A DNA stretch of 64,000 nt from Eledone cirrhosa. Its lineage: Eukaryota. The notes under the pieces were generated by a model, which had not been told where the DNA came from, ran no database searches, and saw only the letters and a program-made list of their open reading frames with translations. Positions within the stretch are counted from its first letter, which is position 1. Every line of letters starts with the position of its first letter. The translations under genes and the position numbers were made by a program. The stretch spans positions 411,866,001-411,930,000 of the forward strand of contig OZ024740.1 in NCBI GenBank assembly GCA_964016885.1, read 5' to 3'. Shown piece after piece: positions 1 to 13,220 of this stretch.

Positions 1-325
1 TGACCTCCATGCTAGGCATGTATGTTGAAGCCTCGCTTCCGAATTAAAACAACAGCATTAAATAATTTTATTCCTAATACTCAAGCACGTTGAACAACGT
101 AAATGAAAATTATTTGGGCATATTTTCCTGTAGGTTAAATGGTGTTAGATTACAAACGAGACTCTTTACCAACTAACAATTATGGATCTTTTTAAAAGGA
201 ATCAATTTTGAAATTATAAAGTTTCTAATTTTATATTTTTGTAAAGGCATAAGAACACAATATAATTCCTTGTTCAAATCAAATTAATGTCAAAACAGGA
301 AATATGTAATCTGTAGATAAAGATA

Positions 326-463
326 TATCATACTTCATATGATACATCATACCTCATATGATACATCATATCAGGTATGATGCATCATACCTGATATGAT
401 ACATCATACCTCATACGATACATCATACCTCATATGATACATCATAGCTCGTATGATACATCA
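326..463. repeat. 19-bp minisatellite (CATATGATACATCATACCT)n with one inverted unit
   Basis: About 7 imperfect tandem units; 365-400 is a perfect 36-bp palindrome. Confidence 0.85.
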
Positions 464-1423
464 TTTTTCATAAGATGAGTAACCAATAAATATGTAAAAC
501 TAGTTTGTTTTACTCGAGCAAGACAAGAAATGTCTGAATTCATTGCTTGATGAAGACTCTATCGGTGAGGAGCATTTGTAAGAAATAATTTAAAAAGATA
601 TTTAAATTCAATATAATAATGAATATTCGGCATATAAAAGGTTTACACCTTTACAACGAACAAACACAAAAACAAAAAAAATAATTAGCAATAGGTCAAT
701 CTGCGAAATTGTATGTATGCAAAAAAGCAGCATTTCAGATTGAACATTTATTTAGCTCCATTAATTTAAACAATAATGTATACGCTAAAAACGTGCTGGT
801 AATTTAAAACATACGCCCATAATTACTTTATCGAACACCAAACTGAGATTCATACTATATTAGTACTGAAAGGTAAACATATTTAAAATACAGCATACAT
901 GTCCATATATTAAAATGATCAGAGAAATAACTGAAGAAGGTATAAGAGTTACATACATTTTAACCCGACATCAAAACAGATATTGCAATTTCCTAAGCTT
1001 GAATATAAGCAGTATCTACGGTTTTTACTCCGTAGTAGAAACTAATATGATGTGTAGGAAACGGTGTTTCGGGGGTGCTGTAAGATTACTAAAGTGCAAT
1101 AAATAACGCGAAAATAATACAAAATGGATTTTCATATATTCGTTTACTCGTGGATATATTCCTAAAGGTTTAATGTAAATATAATTTAAAAAAAACAAAC
1201 AAGATTTTATTTGCTACTGCTCATATTAGATTGGTTCAACATATTTCAAAAATAAATACATTAAAGTCTAAAGGTAGCACAGAAAAAGAAACAAAGGAAT
1301 CAAACGTGTTGTCCAATTAGTTAACTCCTTATCATATATATATATATATATATATATATACAACGATAACTCTAAAGTCCAGGATTATAGAAACTGTTTA
1401 ACCCACATTATTGCATAAAAGAA

Positions 1424-1613
1424 GGGCGGTGGATTGGCAGTATCGGTAGAGGGTCGGACGCCATGCTTTCCAGCATAGTTACGTCCCTTTACGATCTGAG
1501 TTCAAATCCCGCCGAGGTTGACTTTGCCTTTCATCCTTACGGGGTCGATAAAATAAAGTACCAGTAATGCACTGGGTAATTGCTGGCCTTGTGCCTAAAG
1601 TAGAAACAATTAT
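1424..1613 (+). mobile_element. Full-length tRNA-derived SINE
   Basis: A-box-like TGGCAGTATCGG, B-box GAGTTCAAATCC, central GCCTTTCATCCTTACGGGGTCGATAAAATAAAGTACCAG (resembles the MetaSINE-type central domain), tail GGCCTTGTGCCTAAAGTAGAAACAATTATT; many copies in the window. Confidence 0.9.
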
Positions 1614-1929
1614 TCTGAAGACAGCATATATATGTGTAGGTATGTATATTCCCTCTGATAGTTTGTAAAATTTTTACATAGATTAATATGATTTACATAC
1701 CAACACACATATATATATATCCTAGAAACGATGTAAAATGATGAATTTTTTAATATAAGGAACTGTTTCTTTGTTTTTATTCATTGTTTTTATTAATTTA
1801 TCTTCACTCTGTTTTCCTGTGATTTTCATCGAAAAAATTGTTGAATACATCTTCTCTTTTCATGATATTTGGATTACATTGAGTTCTTCATACGGATTGG
1901 ACACTACCGTATATTTTGGTAGATTTATC

Positions 1930-2872
<943 letters not shown>

Positions 2873-3260
2873 ATATATATATATATATATATATCCGTCT
2901 TTTAAGAGGCTTTACCATATTTTATAAGCTTTCTTTATAGAATGTCTGCGCTTATCGCTTATTGAGAAGGGCAACAGCAGCTGACGTGTGTAGATAATTC
3001 ATATCTGTATAAATACAGAGTCGGCGACGCGACGTGCCCTTTGGGTATATAAATAAATACATATTTAGTATGTAAACATAAAGGTCATTTTTTTCATTTT
3101 ACACACATTAGTTCTGAAAATCGGTTATGATCTTTTATTTTATTTTACTCTGAAATCCGTATCTTTTTACCCTCGCATGACTATATATGAATATATGTAT
3201 ATAAAAATACACAATACGGCAGTCTTGATTATACACTCTGTGTATAATATACAGATATGA

Positions 3261-3294
<34 letters not shown>

Positions 3295-3616
3295 TAGAAG
3301 GGGTACTTAATTTGGAGATCGGACAAATATAAATATAAGTGTATATAACTGTTTAGAGCACTCAACAGTTCCTGGAGTAAATATTCAATGATATTAAATA
3401 AATAAAGACGTACGCAGGAAAATCATACTTTCTGAGTTGGAGATTCTCTGAAGGATATCCAACTGATAAGGTATGATTTTCCTGAGTATGTCTCTATTTA
3501 TAAAACAAACTTTGTATTTTATCAGAAGAAAGCGTACAAAAGTCTTTTGGTACCGGTAGAGTATATATAATAAAATAAATATGGTTTTATAAATATAGTT
3601 CCCATTTATTTAATAT

Positions 3617-3689
<73 letters not shown>

Positions 3690-3965
3690 TATATATGTAT
3701 ATTTATATATATATATTATAGTTAAAACAAAACAAAATACAAGAACAAAGCGAAAAGTGCTGTACAGAATGTTAGTATTAGGTTCACGCTTCATATAATA
3801 TATATATATTAAAATAACATATTAATGTTTAAGCAAAGAATCACTGCTCTCACCTTTAACGGGATCTTCTATTTGCTGTAGGGATTTTATATATCTGAAT
3901 ATATTTATCCTTATCAAGCCCTCTTTCGATTTTAGTCTTCAAATTTATTATTATTATTATTATTA

Positions 3966-6760
3966 CAGTTGCATTTATCTTGCTTTATGTTCATACGAGT
4001 TATCACCAAGTCACAACCAGTGACCACAGGAAACAACAAGGACCGCCATGTTCAAGAAAGAACATACATACACACACATGCATCTTTAGGTGTTTAGACT
4101 TGTGATGTACTTATATTGACAGAATCTTCCTTAGTATATGGGTAGTTCCAATTAGTACTATCTTTCTCCTATATGCGTGTTTCCTGGGATTTGCGATAAG
4201 TAATCATTAGACCCCTTAGGTATCATTCCTAGAGCGCCTACAACCATTGGTATTGTTTTAGTTCTCAATTTCCACATTTTTCCAATTTCTAGCTCCAGGT
4301 CTTTATACTTGCTCAATTTTTCAAATGTTTTATAGATACATTCTTGTCTATTGTAACAGACATATCAATTAGCAGGCATACCCTCTTTTTAAAGTCCTTC
4401 AATATTATATCAGGTCTATTTGCATCTATTTTTCGGTCTTTTTGGATGCTAAAGTTCCACAAGATTGAGATGTGATCTTTTTCAAGTACGGGAGGGGGTT
4501 GATGCTCCCACCAATACTTTTGATGGGGCAGATCAAAATGCTTACACATTATCCAATGTATGTATTGTGTAGCTCTGTAGTGCCTGTTTAGGTATTCGGT
4601 TGGAGCTATAGGACTGCACATTGAAATTATATGATCAATGGTCTCGGTTGTTTTTTACATTCACGGCATAATGTATTGCATCCATCATTTATTATGTTGG
4701 CTTGGAATTTTTTGTTGGCAGACACTGATCTTGTGCTGATATAATTAGTCCTTCAGTCTCCGATTTCAGTCCAGAGGATGCCAACCACTGATGGGTTAAA
4801 GTTTTGTCAACATCAGGATTGTTAGCTCTTTCTGGGTATTTTCCATACAGAGGCGTTTCTTGCCATTTCTTAGCCAGTTTCTGTAGCAGTTCTTTCTTTG
4901 CAGCTACTTTTACCTGCCTTGCTTTTTCTGTGTTTTTCATTTCAGCACTAAATGGGACTTCTGAAATGTGTAGTCCATTACTGTATCTTGGTGCATCTTT
5001 TGTAATGGAATATGATCTTTTGATGCTTTCGTGTTTCAAAACGAGTTTGATCATCCAATCATGTGATTCCCTTAGATATGTAGATAATCCAATTGTTGCA
5101 GTTTTCAACGCAATATCTAACTGGATTAACCCACGTCCTCCTTCTTTCCTAGGGAGATATATTCTATCTGTATCTGCCTTAAGGTGATGCATTCTGTGTA
5201 TGATTAAGAATTTTCTAATTTTTTAGCAAGCCTTCGGATCTCTGTGCTTGAGCAGTTGATGACATTGTAACTGTAGGTTACTACTGGTATGGCAAGAGTG
5301 TTTATGGCATCGATCCTATTTCTTACATTCAATTCCGTTGTTAAGATTGCTCTTACTTTACGGAAACATTCCTTCCTCATCATTTCCCTCAATGTCGAGT
5401 GCTTGATTCCGTCTCCCTCACAAACACCTAGATATTTGTAAGTTTCCTCTTGATCAAGTTCTCTTATCACATTCCCCCGATCAAGATTAATGTCTGAAAT
5501 GTTCAGCAGCTTTCCTCTGGTGAACGTTGCTTTGGCGCATTTATCTAGTCCAAACTCCATTTTAATGTCATCACTGTTCACAGTGGATAATAGCCCTTGC
5601 AATTGTTCATCATTTTTTGCAATTAATTTCTGGTCATCCATATAGAACAAGTGATTAATAGTTTTGTCATAGACTTTATATCCATGTTTTGTTTCATTGA
5701 GCATTTTACTTAATGGTATAAGCGCGATGCAGAATAAAAGCGGTGATAAAGAGTCGCCCTGAAAAATTCCACAATTAATATTAACTTCTCCAGCTTCCAG
5801 TGATGTTTTTTCACTATTCAAAAGGAGTGTCGTTTTCCATGTCTTCATACTGAATGACAGGAACCTCCTGACAAGGGGGGATATTTTGAAAATCTCTAAA
5901 CATTTTTCAATCCAACTGTGTGGCAAACTATTGAATGCTTTTTTGTAATCTATCCAAGCAATTGATAGATTTTTGTGTCTATTATGACAGTCTTCCAGTA
6001 TCAGTTTGTTAACCAAAAGCTGATCCTTACCGCCATATTGAGCCTCGTTTACACCCTTTCTGCTCATTGGGAAATAGATCATTTGTTATCAGGTGATCAT
6101 ATGTATATTCAGTTAGGACTGATGTTAACATTTTATATATTGTGGTCAAGCAAGTTATCGGTCTGTAATTTTGGGGTCTGTTTGTCTCATCTTTTTTCGG
6201 AAGTAGGAATGTAATCCCGTTAACTAGCCATGATGGTATCTTTTCTGGCTCCTTTATCATTTCATTGTAAAGTTGAGCTAACACCACATGAGACTCTATG
6301 AAGGCATTTATCCAAAAAGTTGGTATTTTGTCTTTTCCTGGGGATTACCATTTGCTGGTTTTTCTAAGAGCCAAATGCAACTGTTCAACTGTTATATTTT
6401 TTCATGTTTGTTCCTCAAGGTGAGCTGTATCCTTCATTTCTCTGTCTATCCATGGGGCATGTACATTATGAACTTTTTCTTCGGCCCAGATCTTTTCCCA
6501 GAATTCTTGCACTTCCTCCTTGGGTGGTATTGATTTAGCAGTTATTGTTGACTTGCCAACTTTTCTGTAGAAGTTTCTTTGTTTGTTTTTGAACATATTA
6601 TTGTCCTTATAGAATCTAGATCGTTTTTCAAAGCGTCTTATACGACCAACTTTGGCCGACACTTTTTGCTTGATTATTTCTATCAGCATGTCTATGTCAC
6701 TTGTTGATATTATACTGTATTTTCTGTTGTCACTTGTTGATTTTATACTGTATTTTCTAT
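3966..6760 (-). mobile_element. R4/Dong-clade non-LTR retrotransposon copy 1, 5'-truncated, frameshifted
   Basis: RT motifs YRPITCL, WIDYKKAF, GIFQGDSLSPLLF, HLFYMDD, YKYLGV; C-terminal RH and RPDI..D restriction-like endonuclease motifs; (TTA)7 at 3945-3965 and (TTA)4 at 6761-6772. Confidence 0.92.
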
Positions 6761-6772
6761 TTATTATTATTA

Positions 6773-9700
6773 CCAGCATCACCAAAAACACAAACAACGC
6801 AAACAATACAAAACACACACACCAAACAGCAACAAGAAGAAAACAGCAACAAAATCACCCCTCCCCCCAAAAGTACACAGCCATAAACATGGCAAAAAAA
6901 GAACACATACAATATATAAAGCAGCACACAGATATCACAGAAAAAAAAACTACTACACCCCACCAACACCAAGAACTCTCCCGACAAACAGAAGCTTTAT
7001 TGAAATCTCAATAGAATACTATAAACTTTTAAAACAAAAATTCCCCAACGCAGTTGGAGACTTCACAGGGTCAGTTACCAAGAGGATATACACTGACATC
7101 CTCTTGGAAACACCCATGCCCAGCCAAAGGGACATTTCTACTGTCCCTTCACCACACGATCAAGGTAAGTGACCCTTTCTCACTTGCCCCGTATACGCAT
7201 CTCCCAGCCGTCGAGGGTCGGGGGGAGCGGTTGTCGTCCTTTTTCGGAGATGCTTGGATCTCGCCATACGAGCCATCTTCCTGGACCCAGAAGGTAAGTC
7301 GTTAGTGCTGGACGTGACCGGCAGCTAAGGCAATGCTTTCAGGCTAGTAGCCGTCTACGACCCAGCAGGGGCAGGACGGCCAGATTTCTTCAGACGTCTA
7401 GAGACCTTTCTTGGAACGTCCCGCTCTTTAGTGTTAGTGGGCGACTGGAACGGTATCTTGGATGCACGCTGGGATTGTGTGGGGATAGTGGATAAGGGAG
7501 TGGGGTGCAAGAGCCTCACCAACCTGCTCAGACGTTTTGAACTGTCTGACAGGCATCGACTGGATCACCCGAATGTGCCAATGTGGACTTGAACAAACCG
7601 CATCGGGTCATCCGATCGTATCTCGATAGGGTATTCTGCAGAGAACTAGATAAGGCTAGTATAAGTTGTCCACAATTTAAAATAGTCGACTACACAGACC
7701 ACAAATTTGTGATAGGTGAGATCGACATAGACAGACTCCATAGACAAGGGCCTGGTTACTGGAAGCTGAACGCGTCTTTCCCGGCGCGCAACCCTACAGA
7801 GACCGGATTAGCGTATTAGTTAAGCGGGCGTTGACGGGAGCGGTCGTCAACAACAGGTGGTGGTTTGCCCTGAAAAGGCAATTAAAGTAGAGTCGATAAG
7901 GTTTAGCAAAGGACTAGTGATAGAGGAAAATAGAGTAGAGGGAGAGCTAGTCAGAAAGCTAGAAGAGGCGTTTATATCAGGCATCGTAACCGACGTGCTT
8001 GCGGCGAGATTGGCACTCAATCAATTCTTCAACGCTAAACACGAAGGCAGCGTTGTCAGAGCTAGAACGCGTGCTCTGAAATACGGGGGGGGGGGGGGGG
8101 GTGTGATAAAAGACGTCCAATGGGCCCGGGTGCCAGAGGCCCGATGTGGCAACAATGCCAGTATTCGATCTTTGTCTGACCAAAACGTGTGCGTGTTGCT
8201 CGAACTCGAGCAGATGTGTGAAGCTTTTCAGCAGCACTTTGCTGAACTGTTCGAGAGCAGCGGCGGGCCGGATCGGGGTATGGACTTCAGTGCATACCTC
8301 GACGGACTGCCTCGGCTCTCGACGAACGCAGCACAGTGTTGCGAAAAGCCAATAACAGCCGGTGAAATACGGGAATCAATGGCTAACGGCACGAGGAGTA
8401 AATCGCCAGGTTTGGATGGTCTGCTCTACGAGCTTTATGCATTTATGCCAGACTTGTTCGGTGACCTCTTGGTAGACGCCTACTGCAATTGGCAGCAGAA
8501 CGGGAGCATTCCCAGTTTTGTGAGCCGGGGAGCGGTGGCGGTGCTGAGAAAAGACCCGAAAAAGGGGGATGTTATCGATAACTTCAGGCCCGTATCCCTG
8601 ATAAACGCAGAGTTCAAGATTTTGGCCAAGGTGTTAGCAACGAGGTTGGAGCTTGTCGTCAAGGGTCTGGGGGAGAGGCGCAGACATGGACCATTCCGGA
8701 CAGATACATACACGACAACCTCCACCTCATGTGATACATCATAGAGAGGGTGGTTAAGGAACCTGGCACGTGTGGGGCCCTGATCAACTTGGAAAAGCAT
8801 TCGATAGGGTCGTCCATCGGTATCTGGCGGCAGTCCTCGAGGCAGCCGCTTTAGGGCCTGTTTTCAGGGGTGGATCGCTGCGATATACAGCGACATTGGC
8901 TCAGTTGTGAGGGTGAACGGTCACCTGTCGCAGCCGTTCAGCATCATGCGCTCGGTCCGCCAGGGTTGTCCCCTCTCGTCTCTCTTGTACGTATTGGTTC
9001 TCGAGCTGTTACTGCACAAACTGGGGGCGATGTGGGGCGTCCCACGCGAACTAGGGATACGGGAAATCCGAGTCGGCTTACGCCGACGACGTCACCTTGA
9101 CCATGTCTAGCACCAGACACGTCCAGATGCTCGGCACCGCTCTCAAAGAATATGAAGCGGTGACAGGAGCAAAGATAAACCAGGAAAAGTCGGTGTGCTT
9201 GCAGCTCGGCACCTGGAGAGGCAAGTCCATGCCATCCGACAGCGTCGTGGGGCGTTGGACGGACGGACCGGTTAAAATGCTTGGGGTCTGATTCGGACCG
9301 GACGCCCAGATGGAGAAAAACTGGAGCGAGGTGACGAGCAAGTGGCCTCCCTCACCCAGAAAGGGTCTAAGAGGAAGCGCTCCCATGGTCATACGATCCA
9401 TCTACTGTCAACACCCGTTGCGTGGAGGACTGGGCATGCCATGGCTGATGATGAGCAAACATGCGCTGAGGCTGTGACATCTCTTGACGGTGAACAGTTG
9501 TGGTCGCCGTTCGCCAGGCACGTTTTCCCGCAGCTCGTCTTCTTGACGGAGCTGCAGTCCTGGGTCAGGAAAAGACCGAGGGATAGCGCTTGGAAACTGG
9601 AATGTCTCCAGGCGCTCACTGCCCTCTGCCAGCTGGGCACCAGTATCGGTGGTGCATCCACCTCGGCGTTCTATAGAGGACTAATGGAGGGGAAGAGTGA

Positions 9701-10446
9701 CGACGTTCGCGGAGAGATCATGGGCGTCGAAGATCAGCTGTTTGCTCTCTTCCGGAGAACTTTCAGCCCAGGGCCTGTGGATAACTTCCAAAAATCCCTG
9801 GCCTGGCAGTGCTACCGGGGAGCGTTGCCGGTTCGAGATAAGCTCTACAAGCACGGAAGTGCCGTCAGCCGAGCCTGTCCGAGATGCGCGCAGAGCGACG
9901 AAACCGTCGTGCACGCACTCGTTCAGTGCCCGAGCATTGCTGACTTGGGGAGCTATGTCGAACAGTTGCTGTCGCGTGTAGGACTGACCCGGTTATCGAC
10001 TGAGTCCATTGTGCAGATGGTGTCGCCATCTTCCTTTGTGGAGGAAGGGCAGGCGGTTTTCCTCTGCCTGGTGGCCATGGCGAACAAGATTATGTGGTGG
10101 ACAAGGTTGAAAGGGTTAAAGACAGATACTTTCCTCTTCGGCGAATCCCTAATTAACTTTTTCAAGTTACACTTGAAGAGGAAAATCAGGGTGGACAGGC
10201 AAGTGTTGCCTTCTAGCAAGTTTGTTGAAAGGTGGGTGAATGTAGCGAGAATGGTCCGAGTAAACTCGGAATATACGCCTGTGGTTTGAGTAATAAAAAA
10301 TTGAGAGAGGGCGCTTGCCCTGGTGGTCGGGGTGGCCGTGGTCTTTTGTGTGGTTTTGGCCACGAGTAACCCTCGGAGGTTTCCCCCCCCTATAGGGGAA
10401 TATTTCATTGTTTCAATTTTCATTTTTATTGTTTACATATATATAT
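6773..10446 (+). mobile_element. Tx1-clade (L1 group) non-LTR retrotransposon, family B, truncated and degraded
   Basis: End of ORF1, then APE (GDWN, YLDR, TDH, WKLNAS), RT (KSPGLDG, NFRPVSL, VRQGCPLS, YADD) and C-terminal CPRC..H..C; clearly diverged from the family A copies. Confidence 0.9.
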
Positions 10447-12796
10447 GTTGCGAAAAGCCGATAACAGCCGCTGAACTACGGGAGGCAATGACTGGCTGCA
10501 CAAGGGGTAAATCGCCTGGTTTGGATGGTCTTCTCTATGAACTTTACGTATAGATGCCAGACTTGTTCGGAGGCCTCTTGGCGAACGTCTACTGCAACTG
10601 GCAACAGAACGGGAGAATTCCCAGCTCTGTGAGCCGAGGAGCTGTGGCGCTGCTGAGAAAGGATCCGAACCAAGGGGATAACATAGATAATTTCAGGCCC
10701 ATAACTCTGCTAAACGCAGAGTTCAAGATTTTGGCCAAGGTGCTAGCAAAGAGGTTGGCGTTTGTCGTTGGTGGTCTGGTGGGAGAGGCGCAGACATGCG
10801 CCATTCCCGACAGATCCATCCACGACAACCTCCACCTCATGCGATACATCGTAGAGAGGGTAGCTAGGGAAACTGGCATGGGTGGGTCCTTGATCAATTT
10901 AAATCAGTCGAAAGCTTTCGATAAGGTCGACCATCGTTACCTAGCAGCAGTCCTGAGGGCGGCTGGCTTTGGGCCCGTTTCACAGGCTGCATCACTGCCA
11001 TGCACAGCGACATCTGCTCTGTGGTGAGAGTGAAGGGTCACCTTTCGGAACCGTTCAACATAATGCGCTCGATCCGCCAAGGATGTCCCTCTCGTCCCTA
11101 TTGTACGTATTGACTCTCGAGCCATTACTGCACAAATTGGGGATGTTGAGGTGGGTCCCGCGCGAACTAGGATGCGGAAGATCCGTGTCAGCATATGCGG
11201 ACGATGTCACCGTAGTGGTGTCGAACGCCAAAACACATCGAGGCGATCGGCACTGCACTAAGATAATACGAAGCGGTGACAGGAGCAATGATCAACCAGG
11301 AAAAGTCAGTGGGCCTGCAGCTCGGCACCTGGAGAGGCAGGTCCATGCCGTTCAACAGCGTCGTCGGGCGCTGGACGGACGGACCGGTTAAATTGCTAGG
11401 GGTCTGGTTCGGTCGGGACCTCCTGACGGACAAAAACTGGCACGAGGTGGAGCAGGGTGGCTTCTCTCACCCAGAAATGGGCGGAGAGGAAGCTATCCCT
11501 GAAAGGTCGAGCGGAGGTGGCTAACCCGTACATCGCGTCCGTCATCTACTACCGCCTGACCGTCGTACCTTGTCGTAAGCCCCGCCTGACAGCGCTGGAG
11601 CTTTTGCTCTTTCGCTTTTTGTGGAAGGGGCGCGCTCCGATGATCAGGCGGTCCATCTGCTGTCAACACCCGCTACATGGAGGGCTGGGCATGCCGTGGC
11701 TGATGATGCGCAGACACGCGCCCAGGCTACGACATCTCCGCCTCTTCCTCGACGGTGATCAGGTGTGGTCGCCGTTAGCTAGACACGTCTTTCCCCAGCT
11801 GGTCTCCTTGACGGAGCTCCAATCCTGGGACAAGCGAAGACCGAGAGGGAACGCTTGGAGACTGGAATGTCTTCATGCGCTCACAGCCCTCGACCAATGG
11901 GGCAATGTGATCGGTGGAAACTCCACCTTGGCGTTCTATATAGAATTGGTGGAGGGGAAGAGCGACGACGTACTTGGAGAAACTCTAGGACGACGAAAAT
12001 CAACTAGCCAATCTCATTGGAAGGACTTTCGGGCCGGGGCTTATGGACAACTTCCAGAAATCCCTGGCCTGGCAGTGCTACCGAGGAGATTTGCAAGTTC
12101 GGGATAAACTCTACAGGCATCGAGCTGCCGTCAGCCGGGCATCTCCGAGATGCGCGCAAGGCGACGAAACCGTCCTACACGCACTCGTCCAGTGTCCGAG
12201 CATTGCTGACTTATGGGCTGATGTCACCTGCTGTCACGTGTAGGACGGATCCAGCTATCAGCTGAGTCCATCGTGAGGATTTCCCCGCCCTCTTCCTTTA
12301 GCCGGGAAGGGCAGGCAGTTTTTATCTGTCTGGTGGCCATGGCGAAAGAGATAGTATGGTGGACACGTTTGAAAGGGCTGAAGACGAGCACTTACCTCTT
12401 CGGTGATGCCCTGATTAACTTTTTCAAATTTCATTTGAAAAGGAAAATCAGGGTAGAGAGGGAAATGCTCTCTTCCCAGCATTTTGTTGAAAGATGAGTG
12501 AGAGAAGCAAGTATGGCCCGAGTGAATGGGCCTACTCTGAGTATGTGTCTGTAAATTAAAGGTGGAAAACGCGGAGAGGGCACTTGCGCTGGTGGTCAGG
12601 GTCACTGTGGTCTTTTAATGGGCTTTCTCCACAAATGTCCATCGGAAGTCTCCCCCCTATTGCGGAATTTTTCTTTGTTATTTTATTACATCCTCTGTTT
12701 TTTACACGCAGAAATGCCCATTTGTACCGTCCTGTATTGTCCTGTACTGTCCTTAATGTCTACTTTATGTAAACCCTTGTGGTTAATAAAGAAAAC
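10447..12796 (+). mobile_element. Tx1-clade retrotransposon, family A, 5'-truncated copy
   Basis: RT motifs NFRPITLLN, SKAFDKVDH, AYADD, GGLGMP, C-terminal Cys/His motif; 3' UTR ends AATAAAGAAAAC(ATT)3; closely matches 16545-18679. Confidence 0.92.
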
Positions 12797-12805
12797 ATTA
12801 TTATT

Positions 12806-13010
12806 GGTGGATTGGCAGTATCGTTAGAGGGTCGGACGCCATGCTTTCCAGCATAGTTACGTCCCTTTACGATCTGAGTTCAAATCCCGCCGAGGTTGAC
12901 TTTGCCTTTCATCCTTATGGGGTCGATAAAATAAAGTACCAGTAATGCACTGTGTAATTTCTGGCCTTGTGCCAAAAGTAGAAACAATTATTATTATTAT
13001 TATTATTATT
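12806..13010 (+). mobile_element. tRNA-derived SINE with (ATT)8 tail
   Basis: Near-identical to 1428-1613; tail at 12987-13010. Confidence 0.92.
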
Positions 13011-13220
13011 GGCGACCTACGTAGTAAATCGTATCATCGTAAGCTCCGCAAAGGTTTGTTATTTCCGTTTGTTAAAAATTTCCATTTATGGAAAATTTTT
13101 ATTGTTAACTATATATAACCGCACATACATTGTTTTACGAAAAGGACACCCAAATAGATTGGGGCCTTGTGCCCAAAATTTAAACTTTTATGATTATCTA
13201 AAAATTTCTTTGAAAAAAAA

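Noticed and set aside
326-463. Possible CRISPR-like array
   Set aside because: The units are contiguous with no unique spacers, there are no cas genes, and the context is eukaryotic.
1424-1520. SINE heads as tRNA genes
   Set aside because: A and B boxes are present but there is no cloverleaf, and they are always attached to the SINE body.
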